Of a DNA stretch of 64,000 bases, positions 54,701-63,656 are shown one piece after another. Source of the DNA: Podarcis erhardii (taxonomy: Eukaryota); NCBI GenBank assembly GCA_964252035.1, contig OZ176200.1. One strand, written 5' to 3'. Under the pieces are notes generated by a model. It ran no database searches. It had not been told where the DNA came from and worked only from the letters and a program-made list of their open reading frames with translations. Made by a program: the position numbers and the translations under genes. Positions within the stretch are counted from its first letter, which is position 1, and each line of letters opens with the position of its first letter.

Positions 54701-55209
54701 GGGAGCGTCGCAGCCGCCTCCTCAGTGGGCGCAGCTGCTAGCATCTCAGTCTCAGCAGGAGAATTGGGGTCTGGGAAGTGTACAGTCCGTTTGACCCAGT
54801 CAATCTGCACATTGTGAGCCTCTAGCCAGTCCATCCCAAGCACTAGGGGAAACCGGGGCATGGAGGCAATATCCAGAGTTCGCATCTCACGGTGCTGCTG
54901 GAGGCACAGGACCAGGGGCTGGGTCTCTTGAGTGACGGCGCCCGAACGCAGTGGCCGTCCGTCGATTGCCTCCACCTGTACCGGTTCTGGCTTGTTCCGA
55001 AGTGGCACCCGATGCTGGGCAGCAAAAGCAGCGTCCATATAAGAGCGGGTTGCCCCTGAATCCACCAGAGCATGGGTAAGAATCCATGGCCCTCCTGGAG
55101 GGTATAGATGTACCGGAACCATAAGGTGTTGTAATTCAATTGGTGCGGCCCCATTCTGTGCTGTTTGGGACCCCCGGTAGCTAGGGCCATCAGCTACTGG
55201 GGTTGGCGG
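51436..55209 (-). CDS. pol: Pol (protease-RT-RNase H-integrase-chromodomain-tail), read by -1 frameshift; predicted Gag-Pol 1551 aa
   Basis: Stop-free frame. ALVDSGA protease; [12 protein letters not shown] and YLDDIL RT; VETDAS and TDHRNL RNase H; HDAPAAGH...CDVC and D-D-E (SLDF, SDRG, TERAN) integrase; GPF motif; chromodomain EYEVERILD...[17 protein letters not shown]. Confidence 0.95.
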   Translation of the reverse strand, partial: PPTPVADGPSYRGSQTAQNGAAPIELQHLMVPVHLYPPGGPWILTHALVDSGATRSYMDAAFAAQHRVPLRNKPEPVQVEAIDGRPLRSGAVTQETQPLVLCLQQHREMRTLDIASMPRFPLVLGMDWLEAHNVQIDWVKRTVHFPDPNSPAETEMLAAAPTEEAAATLPAEYRDYHDVFEERGADQLPPHRSFDCGIDLQPGAPLPVSRLYSLTEPEREALQDFLRKNLERGFIRPSTSPTAAPVLFVKKKCGELRLCHDYRALNKITIPDRYPLPLISELLERAQGAQVFTKLDLRGAYNLIRIRAGDEWKTAFGTRYGQFEYLVMPFGLCNAPAVFQRYINHVFQDLLDKYVVVYLDDILVYSRDPACHEGHVRTVLQRLREHRLYAKLSKCEFHQQSVDFLGHRLSPGGVQMDPGKVAAVREWAAPRNRKDLQRFLGFANYYRTFIADYAHRTTPLTRLLRPKTPFSWDKEAEEAFQGLKACFQRAPILQHPDPSRPFVVETDASSTALGAVLSQQHGPEAPLLPCAFYSRQLLPAERNYTVWERELLAIKVAFEVWRHHLEGARHPVEVRTDHRNLEYLQTTRKLNQRQIRWALFFSRFQFRIRYIPSSQNQKADALSRKPEDNADTVQQAAPTTILPPAAFLATQEVEPLQARVREQQRVDAWAQERLQELAEGSCPQYPGLVSHQGLLLHYGRLYIPPGPLRAEVLRMTHDAPAAGHFGRYRTTHLVSREFWWPRLKADVARYVAGCDVCRRAKGPTGRPPGLLQPLPVPPRPWHTVSLDFVVELPPSRGCTCLLVFSDHFTKMVHCAPCPSIPSAKETAQLYLQHVFRLHGLPERVVSDRGVQFTSRFWRALHQALGTEVCLSSAYHPQTDGQTERANAVLEQYLRCYCSYQQDDWVDHLALAEFAYNNAVNASTQQTPFQASYGLHPRLFPDVLPASTVPAVTEWLQELQSQQQLLMEQLHQAKEAYKVQADRHRQVGPELHIGDLVWLSTRHLHPSRPSRKLDARFTGPFPIVDQVSPVAFRLRLPANLKVHPVFHRSLLSPVAPPDEFHPDRPRPQPVLVQGEPEYEVERILDSRYRRGRLQYLIDWKGYGPEDRSWEPAVNVHAPACIREFYAAYPSKPGPGPQVRGGPGRRDGVMAWDSESESDPEESQPAQESPPSGPAELGQGIVAEETQEQAPGEIIQAPEVLEDSVATGEPPPGPSNPSASPDLQRLRAERRRELVSPRRSARLKAKRGGASGGRDRPRP
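51773..51786 (-). promoter_or_regulatory. Polypurine tract GGGAGGAGGGATGG
   Basis: Purine-rich run immediately abutting the TG of the 3' LTR. Confidence 0.85.
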
Positions 55210-55215
55210 TTTCCC
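55170..55215 (-). promoter_or_regulatory. -1 programmed ribosomal frameshift signal (G GGA AAC + stem-loop)
   Basis: Slippery heptamer 55215-55209 is in the gag frame (CAG GGA AAC). 6-nt spacer, then CCCCAGTAGCT/AGCTACCGGGG stem. Pol is in the -1 frame. Confidence 0.88.
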
Positions 55216-56090
55216 TGCGGCTGGCGTTTCTCTGGACAAGACCGAGCGAAGTGTCCACTTCCGCCACAGTAAAGACAGAGATTTCCCTCCCGACGCCGCG
55301 CCTTCTCTGCAGGGGAAAGGCGTGGCCGCACTGCCCCGAGCTGCATAGGCTCCTCCGTTAAATCAGTTGTGACCGTGGGGCTGCTGGAAAAAGCTGGTGC
55401 CGTGAACTGGAAGTGTCGGCGACCCCGGGCCTGACGACGATCCTCCAACCGATCGTCTATTTGTAGACACCGTTGAATGAGAGTGTCTAGCGTGGTGGGG
55501 CGTTCCATTGTGGCCAACTGGTCCAGTACCTCATCTGAAAGCCCCTCGAGATACTGGTCCCGCAGTGCCGAATCATTCCAGGTCAAGTCCTGTGCCAGCA
55601 GCCGAAACTCCGTGGTATATGCGGCCACCGTGGACTTGCCCTGTTTCAAACGCCGAATCGCCCGGTTGGCTTGACTCCCTTTCTGGGGATTGCCGAACGC
55701 GGCCTCCAAATGATTGCAAAACCCCGTATAGTCTGCCAGCAAGGGGGAGTCTTGCCTGAGTAGCGGCAACGCCCACTTGGCCGCCTGGTCCTTTAACAAA
55801 CTAATCAAAAAGTGCACCTTGGTGCGGTCGTCAGGAAAGTTCCGGGCTCGCCCCTGAATATACAGCTTGGCCTGGGCCAGGAACATGGGAAAGCTGGCCG
55901 GGGCTCCATCAAATTTCTCAGGCAAAGCCACTGGGTACTTGCCAGGAGCCGGGGCGTCGGCCCCAGGAGCCGGTAGGGCTTCCAAGCGTTGCTGAAGTGC
56001 TACAACCGCGTCACTGAGCTGCTGCACGGTGTGAGTCAAGGTCTGGTTCCTCTGGGCCAAATCCACCAGTGCAGCCGCCTGGTCAGCCAT
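55194..56090 (-). CDS. gag: Gag (298 aa), sushi/PEG10-like capsid with CCHC zinc knuckle
   Basis: gccATGG strong Kozak; N-terminal heptad-like segment; LPEKFDG motif; QxxSxVAAYxxEFRxL / DQYLEGL capsid block; [14 protein letters not shown] (CX2CX4HX4C). Confidence 0.95.
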   Translation of the reverse strand: MADQAAALVDLAQRNQTLTHTVQQLSDAVVALQQRLEALPAPGADAPAPGKYPVALPEKFDGAPASFPMFLAQAKLYIQGRARNFPDDRTKVHFLISLLKDQAAKWALPLLRQDSPLLADYTGFCNHLEAAFGNPQKGSQANRAIRRLKQGKSTVAAYTTEFRLLAQDLTWNDSALRDQYLEGLSDEVLDQLATMERPTTLDTLIQRCLQIDDRLEDRRQARGRRHFQFTAPAFSSSPTVTTDLTEEPMQLGAVRPRLSPAEKARRREGNLCLYCGGSGHFARSCPEKRQPQGNRQPQ

Positions 56091-56142
56091 GGCCTCTGGC
56101 TCTTCCCGAACGCACCCCTACGAAGGGGGAGTGCGGGTGTCG

Positions 56143-56152
56143 GCGGGAGCAA
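56143..56152 (-). promoter_or_regulatory. Primer-binding-site position: non-tRNA, putative self-priming sequence TTGCTCCCGC
   Basis: Starts 2 nt inside the 5' LTR boundary; no TGG start; perfectly complementary to GCGGGAGCAA at 56405-56396 in the LTR. Confidence 0.75.
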
Positions 56153-56154
56153 AC

Positions 56155-56777
56155 TGTGCTGGACCCGGGGGAAAGGTACCGTGAGCGTAGTCTGAGTCCA
56201 CACGAGGAGGGGCGAGGTCCGAGGCGGAGAGCCGGGCGGGGAACAGGAACGCTGGAACAGGAGGCCGAGCAGGGAACAGGAACACCGGAAGGTCAGGAAC
56301 AGGAGGCCGAGCAGGGAACAGGAGCACCGGATGGTCAGGAACAGGAGGCCAAGCAGGGATCAGGAACACAGGAAGGTCCAAAGCCAACAACGACGTTGCT
56401 CCCGCAACCTGGGACCGGGCTGCCTGACCTTTATCTTCTTCTAAGGCCGGGGGCGGTCCCGGCCCCCAGAAGCCCCGCCTCTCTTGGCCTTAAGGCGAGC
56501 ACTCCTCCTGGGAGACACCAGTTCCCTTCGCCTCTCTGCCCTAAGCCTCTGCAGATCAGGAGAGGCCGAAGGGTTACTGGGCCCCGGGGGAGGCTCACCT
56601 GTAGCCACTGAGTCTTCCAGCACCTCTGGGGCCTGAATGATTTCACCTGGTGCCTGCTCTTGAGTTTCCTCAGCAACTATGCCTTGCCCCAGTTCAGCCG
56701 GCCCTGAAGGCGGGGACTCCTGCGCCGGCTGGGATTCCTCCGGATCACTCTCAGACTCGGAATCCCAGGCCATCACA
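56155..56777 (-). repeat. 5' LTR (623 bp)
   Basis: Begins TGTGATGG and ends AGCACA on the minus strand. No mismatch to the 3' LTR seen by eye; ORF-track translations are identical at offset 5005. Confidence 0.96.
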
Positions 56778-56782
56778 GTAGG

Positions 56783-57260
56783 TCTTGTCCCAACGCAGCA
56801 GTTGTGAGGACTGAAGGTCCCTGCCTTTCTACAGCTCTCTAAATCTCCTCCTCCTCCAGGTCCTTCCCAAGGAACCTGAGACTTCTCCACCATTACTGTC
56901 TTCATTACTACCACCCTCTTCATACCTCTTTGGGTTCGAGGAAACCAGTAGAGGAGAGGAGCTGGTTGCAGCAGGAGGGGGAGACTCCCTGGCTTCTTCA
57001 GTAGCCTGCCTGAGCTCTGCCTCTTGCCCCCCCCCCCGATTCTGCCTCTGATTCTGGGCTGCTCTCTGCAACAGCCTCTTCCTGCTCACTAAACCCTGTT
57101 ACCTCTTCAGCTTCAGGCACCTCCTCCTCCTCCCAGTCTTCCCCCTCTGACCACTCCTTGTTGTCCCACCATCAGTCCCCTGAGCTCTGAGCCTTCTTCC
57201 CTTGGGGGTTCCCCAGCAGGTGCCTCCCACCATTCCTCTGCGTCCAGCCAGTCCATGACA
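56783..57260 (-). mobile_element. Older LTR-like remnant, 5' part (the Gypsy element is inserted in it)
   Basis: Starts TGTCATGG on the minus strand; purine-rich, frameshifted acidic/Pro-rich coding-like sequence. No matching TSD found. Confidence 0.6.
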
Positions 57261-57533
57261 CTGTCATGAATGGCGCAGTCAGAGATCTGAAACAAACAGG
57301 ATGTTGGTGTTGATGTCAGCAGTACACATTCAGTTATCTGTTGAAAAAATGCAAACTTGAAACTTTGTATTTGAAATGTATATTAGTATTGGGGAAATGT
57401 ACAAAATGCTAATTGAAGAATAAGTTGGAAAATTCCACGTCGGCAGTGTAGGATTAAAAAGGAAGAGTCATTAGAAGCATGCATAATACAAATGAGTCCA
57501 TTAGAAGAAGGTGAGGCTAGACGTAAATAGCCC

Positions 57534-57619
57534 TCATGATGCTGGCAAATGTTTCTTCAGAGTCAGTCCTGTCATAACATCTTGCGTCTTTTCATCTTTC
57601 AGTGCCTTCAGAAGCTTAT
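57534..57619 (-). CDS. C11orf91: C11orf91 orthologue, coding exon 2 ((Y)KLLKALKDEKTQDVMTGLTLKKHLPAS*)
   Basis: Found by reading. Acceptor cctgtttctag|AT completes the split Tyr codon; LKALKDEK matches human TFLKALKDEK; TGA at 57536-57534. Total CDS 507 nt = 168 aa + stop. Confidence 0.88.
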
Positions 57620-57875
57620 CTAGAAACAGGGATGGAACATGACACATGTTAGTCATCAACCACAAAGGCAAATGCGCAGTCCTTTGAGAAAAGAATGTAA
57701 AATCCAAGCACATGACTCCTGATTAATACTGCCCTTTGATGTACTGATATTAAACTACAACCTTCATGGCCCAGTAGGGATTTGGACCTGGATCTCACGG
57801 ATAATAGTCCAGCACTATGTGTAAATATATATAAATATATATAAGAATGTATGGGAATATCATATATTGTGTTTT

Positions 57876-57926
57876 TGTGTGTGTGTGCGCGCACACGCAC
57901 GCACACACACACACACACACACACAC
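57876..57926. repeat. (TG)n(CG)n(CA)n alternating purine-pyrimidine tract in the C11orf91 intron
   Basis: Direct reading; self-complementary arrangement. Confidence 0.9.
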
Positions 57927-58615
57927 TTTTTATGTATCTTTATTGCTCTTTTTTCTCCCCCCTCACCTTTCCTTCTTTTTTCCTGTAACACTTTATTTCT
58001 TTTAATTGAAATCACTTCAATAAAATATAAATATTACTATAAAATAAATAGTCATTATCAGCGGTGCAGCCAGGTAATTTTAGACCCTGGACTTAATGAT
58101 CTTACGGTCTCTCCTACCTGAGATTTTGATGTGTATTATTTCACTTAAAGAAATGCAAACCATCCAGCAGTGGTGGACCTGGGTACATTGGCACCCTGTG
58201 TGAGTGCAAAATTTGCCCCCCCCCATCCTGCACCCTTGAGCTACCTTCTCAAAGGTGGTTAAGGAGATGCCCGGCTTTGGGAAGGAGGCACAAGGCTCTG
58301 ACAGGGTCCTAGTACTTACTTTCAAAAGCTGGGAAACTAGGCTTTGGGTAGGAGAACTTTAGGACCCTGTCAGAGCCCTCACACCTCCTTCCCAAAGCCC
58401 AGCGCCTTTCTTACTTGGCTTTGAAACAGCTTCCCCTCAGCTCAGAGCCCAGGATGTGCACCGCTCACACAGCCCTAAATCTGCCCCTGCATCCTGTGAT
58501 CCCCACAACCACTGCCTCCACAGATAAATACACAGAGTAACCTGATCCTATGCATGTTTATTGCTATATTCCATACAGTGTGCACTCCTTGGTTATACAA
58601 GTATTGGCTCCATTC

Positions 58616-58849
58616 AAGAAGAAGATATCCCGCTTTATCACTACCCGAAGGAGTCTCAAAGCGGCTAACATTCTCCTTTCCCTTCCTCCCCCACAACAAA
58701 CACTCTGTGAGGTGAGTGGGGCTGAGAGACTTCAGAGAAGTATGACTGGCCCAAGGTCACCCAGCAGCTGCATGTGGAGGAGCGGAGACGCGAACCCGGT
58801 TCCCCAGATTACGAGTCCACCGCTCTTCACCACTACACCACACTGGCTC
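58616..58849 (-). mobile_element. tRNA-derived SINE (Squam3/CORE-like)
   Basis: Minus strand gagccagtgtggtgtagtggtgaagagcggtggactcgtaatctggggaaccgggttcgcg has A/B-box-like elements; (CTT)n tail. Confidence 0.75.
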
Positions 58850-59305
58850 ACTGGCAAGAGATTTTATAATGCTTTTTTCTGTTCTACCTTATACCAGTAT
58901 CCACTGAAAGTCATTATCTATCTTCATATTAATTAGTACAGGACATTTGCTGTCTCAAAGTCTTTACAGTCCCTATCTCATTCTTTTGTGTAAGAACCTT
59001 GGTGGATAGACTACATTTTCACACATTTACAGGCTGAGAAACTGTGTCTTAGACTAAAATATTAAAGGATACCCACCAAGTCTTGTAATAAGGATCAATG
59101 ATATATTTCCAAAACTGGGGCAAAGTGTTTGACTGGCTCCATGCTAATATTGCCTCAAATTCTCTCCATCTCTGAGATCCCAGTAAATGTATTTTTTTTT
59201 TAAATGAATTTTATATATTTTAGTACATCAATTATACAACTGTCATCATTTAACTTACACTCTTCAACTTCCACACACATCCCTCTGCTGATCATATATC
59301 TAACC

Positions 59306-59547
59306 CATGGGTAGGCAAACTAAGGCCTGGAGGCCGGATCTGGCCCAATTGCCTTCTAAATCCGGACCACAGATGGTCCGGGAATCAGCATGTTTTTACA
59401 TGAGTAGAATGTCATTTTATTTAAAATGCATCTCTGGGTTATTTGTGAGGCATAGGAATTCGTTCACCTCCCCAATATAGTCCAGCCCCCCACGAGGTCT
59501 GAGGGACAGTGGACTAGATCGCTGCTGAAAAAGTTTGCTGACCCCTG
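59306..59547. mobile_element. hAT (Charlie-like) MITE
   Basis: catgggtaggcaaact...agtttgctgacccctg; perfect TSD atctaacc. Confidence 0.88.
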
Positions 59548-59857
59548 ATCTAACCCCACTTGGAAGTTTATCAGATTGTTATATTTCTTTGCCAAAGTAT
59601 CCCCACGCTTCTTTTATATCCAACTCATCCTGATTTCTTATCTTTGCAGTTAACATTGCTAGCTCAGCGTATTCTATTAGCTTATTCTGCCATTCTACTT
59701 TTGTGGGAATATTTTTGTCTTTCCACCTTTGAGCATAAATTATTCTCGCCACTGTTATTGCATAAAGGAAAAGACTAAATATTTTCTTGGATATTTCCTC
59801 CCTACTATATTTAGTAAATACATCTCTGGTTTCTTGGGAAATGAGATCCTTAACATC

Positions 59858-60186
59858 TAAACCACAGAGCCTAGGGCTTGCTGATCAGAAGGTCGGCGGT
59901 TTGAATCCCCGTGACGCTCCCATTGCTCGGTCCCTGCTTCTGCCAACCTAGCAGTTCAAAAGCACGTCAAAGTGCAAGTAGTTAAATAGGTACCACTCCA
60001 GCAGGAAGGTAAACAGTGTTTCCGTGCGCTGCTCTGGTTCACCAGAAGTGCCTTAGTCATGCTGGCCACATGACCCAGAAGCTGTCCAGTGGCTCCCTCA
60101 GCCAATAAAGTGAGATGAGCGCTGCAACCCCAGAGTCGTCCGCAACTGGACCTAATGGTCAGGGGTCCCTTTACCTTTACCTTTAT
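59858..60186 (+). mobile_element. Sauria SINE (5'-truncated) with (ACCTTT)n tail
   Basis: gatcagaaggtcggcggtttgaatccc box-B-like head remnant, Sauria SINE body, ends ggggtccctttacctttaccttta. Confidence 0.85.
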
Positions 60187-61515
60187 ATCATCTCCTAATA
60201 CTCTTTGGCTTTCTTACAAATCCACCACATGTGTATAAATGTCCCTTCAATCTCTTCACATTGAGATCCCAGTAAATGTCAAACAGGGCCAACACTTCCC
60301 CCACCCGCCAGATCAATTACAGGCCTTCTAGCCTTTAACAAAGTTAAACTAATAATAAACAAATACATTTCAATGGCCATTGGTAGAGAAACTCCACAAA
60401 TGGAATACACTCATTGTCTTTTATTAACGTTCTATGTTATTTCTTAAAGGGAGACACAAACTGTTTTTTTTTTTTAATGGATTGCTTTCTTCTTCCTGCC
60501 CTCTTTTGTTCTGACTGAGTCCTCTCTCTCTCTCTCTCTCTTTTTTATAAAAACTGGGGCTAAATAAAGAAGAGGAAGTAGGTGCTCCGCTTCTGACTGG
60601 GGGATGCTTCCAGATCGTTTACACGGGGCTGTTCCCTGCTTGCATCACTCACCAACCCCATCTACTCCCACCTCCATCCACACCCTTAACCAAAGCCACC
60701 CCTCCCTCCTGCTCTCCCCTTAGATCTCACTAAACCTCTACAGCTCACCTGGGCTGCTTGCTTGCCACAACAAACCATCCACATCTTAATGTTAAAGCCT
60801 TTAAAACTATTTCTTGTGCAAGACCTCCAGGTTGGTATCTGAAATGGTCGTCAATATTTCTGGGGTGAGCCTATTGCTCATTTGCACAAATACCTGGAAG
60901 AGGTTCTAAAATATTTTCTCAGATTAGCAAACCGGACTTTTACAAAATGAAAACTAGTTTTGAAACTGCTACAATCTCTTGGCCAAAACACTCGGATGAT
61001 GCATTAGAAAGTTTGAACTTTTCTCAGGGCATTTAAATGTGTTATTAGAATGACAATAAAAAAATGTCGACATTTAATTGCATCTATAGAAGGTGTCTGT
61101 GTAAAGAGTGACTTGGTATACATTTTTATCAGTGGGTCTTTCAAGTTCTGCTGTAGGTTAGACCAATTTGGAATATCTCTTTACTGATTTATTATAGAAT
61201 GTTAAGGGTGGGGTGGGTGGGATGGAGAAACCCTGTTTGTCACTTCAAAACAACAACAACTTCAGATTAACAAGCTTAAGTACTCTTATGAAAAGAACAA
61301 ATAAGTGACTTTATCTAAGCTTATTGTGTGTGGGGGACCTAAGAAAGAAAAGGGTGTATAATAGTTCAAAATTTGGATTGCAGGGGTAAGATGTCATGTT
61401 CAATGTCCCCAAATCTTTCACGTGTATTACATTTAAGACATTGGGCTGGATGGTTAGGCTACATGTCTGAATCATTATGGTACAAGACCAAGAGAGCCTC
61501 AGGGATATTTGGTGG

Positions 61516-62330
61516 GGAAGAAATATCAACAACCTCAGATATGCAGATGACACAACCTTGATGGCAGAAAGTGAGGAGGAATTAAAGAACCTTTTACTGA
61601 GGATGAAAGAGGAGAGCGCAAAATATGGTTTGAAGCTCAACATCAAAAAAAGGAAGATCATGGCCACTGGTCCCATCACCTCCTGGCAAATAGAAGGGGA
61701 AGAAATGGAGGCAGTGAGAGATTTTACTTTCTTGGACTCCATGATCACTGCAGATGGTGACAACAGCCACGAAATTAAAAGACGCCTGCTTCTTGGGAGA
61801 AAAGCAATGACAAACCTAGACAGCATCTTAAAAAGCAGAGACATCACCTTGCCGACAAAGGTCCGTAAAGTTAAGGCTATGGTTTTCCCAGTAGTGATGT
61901 ATGGAAGTGAGAGCTGGACCATAAAGAAGGCTGATCGTCGAAGAATTGATGCTTTTGAATTATGGTGCTGGAGGAGACTCTTGAGAGTCCCATGGACTGC
62001 AAGAAGATCAAACCTATCCATTCTTAAGGAAATCAGCCCTGAGTGTTCACTGGAAGGACAGATCGTGAAGCTAAGGCTCCAATACTTTGGCCACCTCATG
62101 AGAAGAGAAGACTCCCTGGAAAAGACCCTGATGTTGGGAAAGATGGAGGGCACAAGGAGAAGGGGACAACAGAGGATGAGATGGTTGGACAGTGTTCTCG
62201 AAGCTACCAGCATGAGTTTGGCCAAACTGCGGGAGGCAGTGGAAGACAGGAGTGCCTGGCGTGCTCTGGTCCATGGCGTCATGAAGAGTCGGACATGACT
62301 AAACGACTAAACAACAAAAACAAAAACAAA
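61516..62330 (+). mobile_element. 5'-truncated RTE/Bov-B LINE (RT C-terminal half, CAA-rich tail) in the C11orf91 intron
   Basis: GRNINNLRYADDTTLMAESEEELK...EIKRRLLLGRKAMTNLDSILKSRDITLPTKV...WRALVHGV is diagnostic of Bov-B; tail aacaacaaaaacaaaaacaa. 5' boundary approximate. Confidence 0.93.
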
Positions 62331-62364
62331 GAGGCTTTGGGATCTCTGCCTTTGGATTACTCAC

Positions 62365-62785
62365 ATTGCTGTGGGTCTGAACCATCCCCAGTGAGTGCCA
62401 GCAGCTCCAGCTCCTTCAGGCGGATGCCAAGCTCGCAGATCTCTCCATCTGGCTGTTGCTGCTGATGTGCCCCACTTCCACGCTGGGGTGTGCTGTCAGC
62501 AGCAGGACAGAAGAAGCGCAATGGCTCATAGGGGATGGGGGCCAGACCAGCTGGCCAGGGGGGTGGGCAGCAGCGCTCATTGGCGGGTGGGAGGAGTCCA
62601 AGCCCAGGTGGAGGTCTCTGAGGCCCAGCTGACCCTGCTTCCCCTCCTCGTAGTGGCACAAAGAGCTTCCTCCAAAGGCTGCAATCAGCAAGGGTGGTAC
62701 TCTGTGTGGTTCGGTCATAGAGGGAGGGGAAGTATAGAGGGGGTGGTGGCCGAGGGGGTGGAGGAGGCTGTTGCTGGTGGCTCAT
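62365..62785 (-). CDS. C11orf91: C11orf91 orthologue, coding exon 1 ([10 protein letters not shown]...[11 protein letters not shown]...LWRKLFVPL...IPYEPLRFF...[26 protein letters not shown])
   Basis: Motifs [12 protein letters not shown](R/K)[15 protein letters not shown] and ELELL.TGDG match recalled human C11orf91. Donor t|GTGAGT at 62364; 421 nt, phase 1. Start codon uncertain (see findings). Confidence 0.88.
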
Positions 62786-63475
62786 GAGGCTCCTCCTGAT
62801 GGCTCTGCATCTACTGCCGCCACCATGGAAACAGTGGAATCTGGAAGATTCATGGGTTTTTTAGTGTTCTAAATAGATTAATCCTATACAAGTTGTGCCT
62901 GTCACTTTAAGGAAACAGAAAGTAGACCTTAGAAGGAAATGGCTGGAGAGTTACAAAACTGGAACCTGGTTTTAATGAACTAGAAGAGAGGTGGGAATAG
63001 GTAAATCTGTCAATTTCAGTTTCGCTCAGTTTCTCATTTTTCCAGTCTTAAATCTAGTGCTCTACATTTCCATAGCAGCTTGTGATTTTTTTTTAAGTAC
63101 TCATGGAAAATTATCAGCATTTGAAGTGTGAATTATTTCTCTGAATATACCCAAGCTTGTACACAATTTACACATTTTTGCACAGCAATTTTGCCTAATA
63201 TAATGCATTTCGTATGCTATTTTCATTGATGTATGCATTTTTATGCACACCTTACAGTAGCATATATATTCTTGCACACATTACTTGACTGGAGAACTGC
63301 ATTGCAAAATTTGGAGAAGTGCAAATTTCACAGGATGACTGTGTTTGGGTTCTCATATTGTTTCAAAAAGTGTGAATTAGGTGGATTTGCCTTGAAATGT
63401 GAACTGAATTGAATTCCTCCTCCATTCCTAACCAGGAATGCAGAACCTGTCTAGCAAAGAGAGAGAGCTATAAAG

Positions 63476-63611
63476 GAGGCATAGGCAAACTTGGCCCTCC
63501 AGATGTTTTGGGACTACAACTCACATCATCCTTAGCTAACAGGACCAGTGGTCAGGGATGATGGGAATTGTAGTTTCAAAACATCTGGAGGGCTGAGTTT
63601 GCCTGTGCCTG
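63476..63611. mobile_element. Palindromic hAT MITE, same family as 11581-11716
   Basis: Perfect 8-bp TSD ctataaag at 63468-63475 and 63612-63619. Confidence 0.88.
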
Positions 63612-63656
63612 CTATAAAGGGAATGGGCTTAACATTTCATGAAGTAAAAAACTGTA

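Larger units (their letters stand above)
51150..56777 (-). mobile_element. Full-length Ty3/Gypsy LTR retrotransposon, chromovirus (Tf1/sushi-like), 5628 bp
   Basis: TG...CA LTRs at 51150-51772 and 56155-56777 (offset 5005); 5-bp TSD GTAGG at 51145-51149 and 56778-56782; intact gag and pol; CpG-rich compared with flanks. Confidence 0.97.
59191..60261 (-). mobile_element. 5'-truncated L1 3' fragment with 18-bp TSD, interrupted by a hAT MITE and a Sauria SINE
   Basis: TSD TGAGATCCCAGTAAATGT at 59173-59190 and 60262-60279; T-tract at the left end; minus frame YAITVARIIYAQRWKDKNIPTKVEWQNKLIEYAELAMLTAKIR resembles an L1 ORF2 C-terminus. Confidence 0.8.

Noticed and set aside
56130-56154. tRNA primer-binding site
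   Set aside because: No TGG next to the LTR and no match to tRNA 3' ends I can recall; self-priming fits better.
56441-56923. 160-aa chimeric ORF running from the old LTR through the TSD into the new 5' LTR
   Set aside because: Created by the insertion junction and upstream of the predicted TSS; only the LTR part is meaningful.
61477-61515. Host ATG in frame with the truncated Bov-B RT (273-aa ORF)
   Set aside because: No promoter or splice evidence; a chance in-frame ATG.
61311-62282. 323-aa minus-strand ORF
   Set aside because: It is the antisense of the Bov-B RT; no independent motif.
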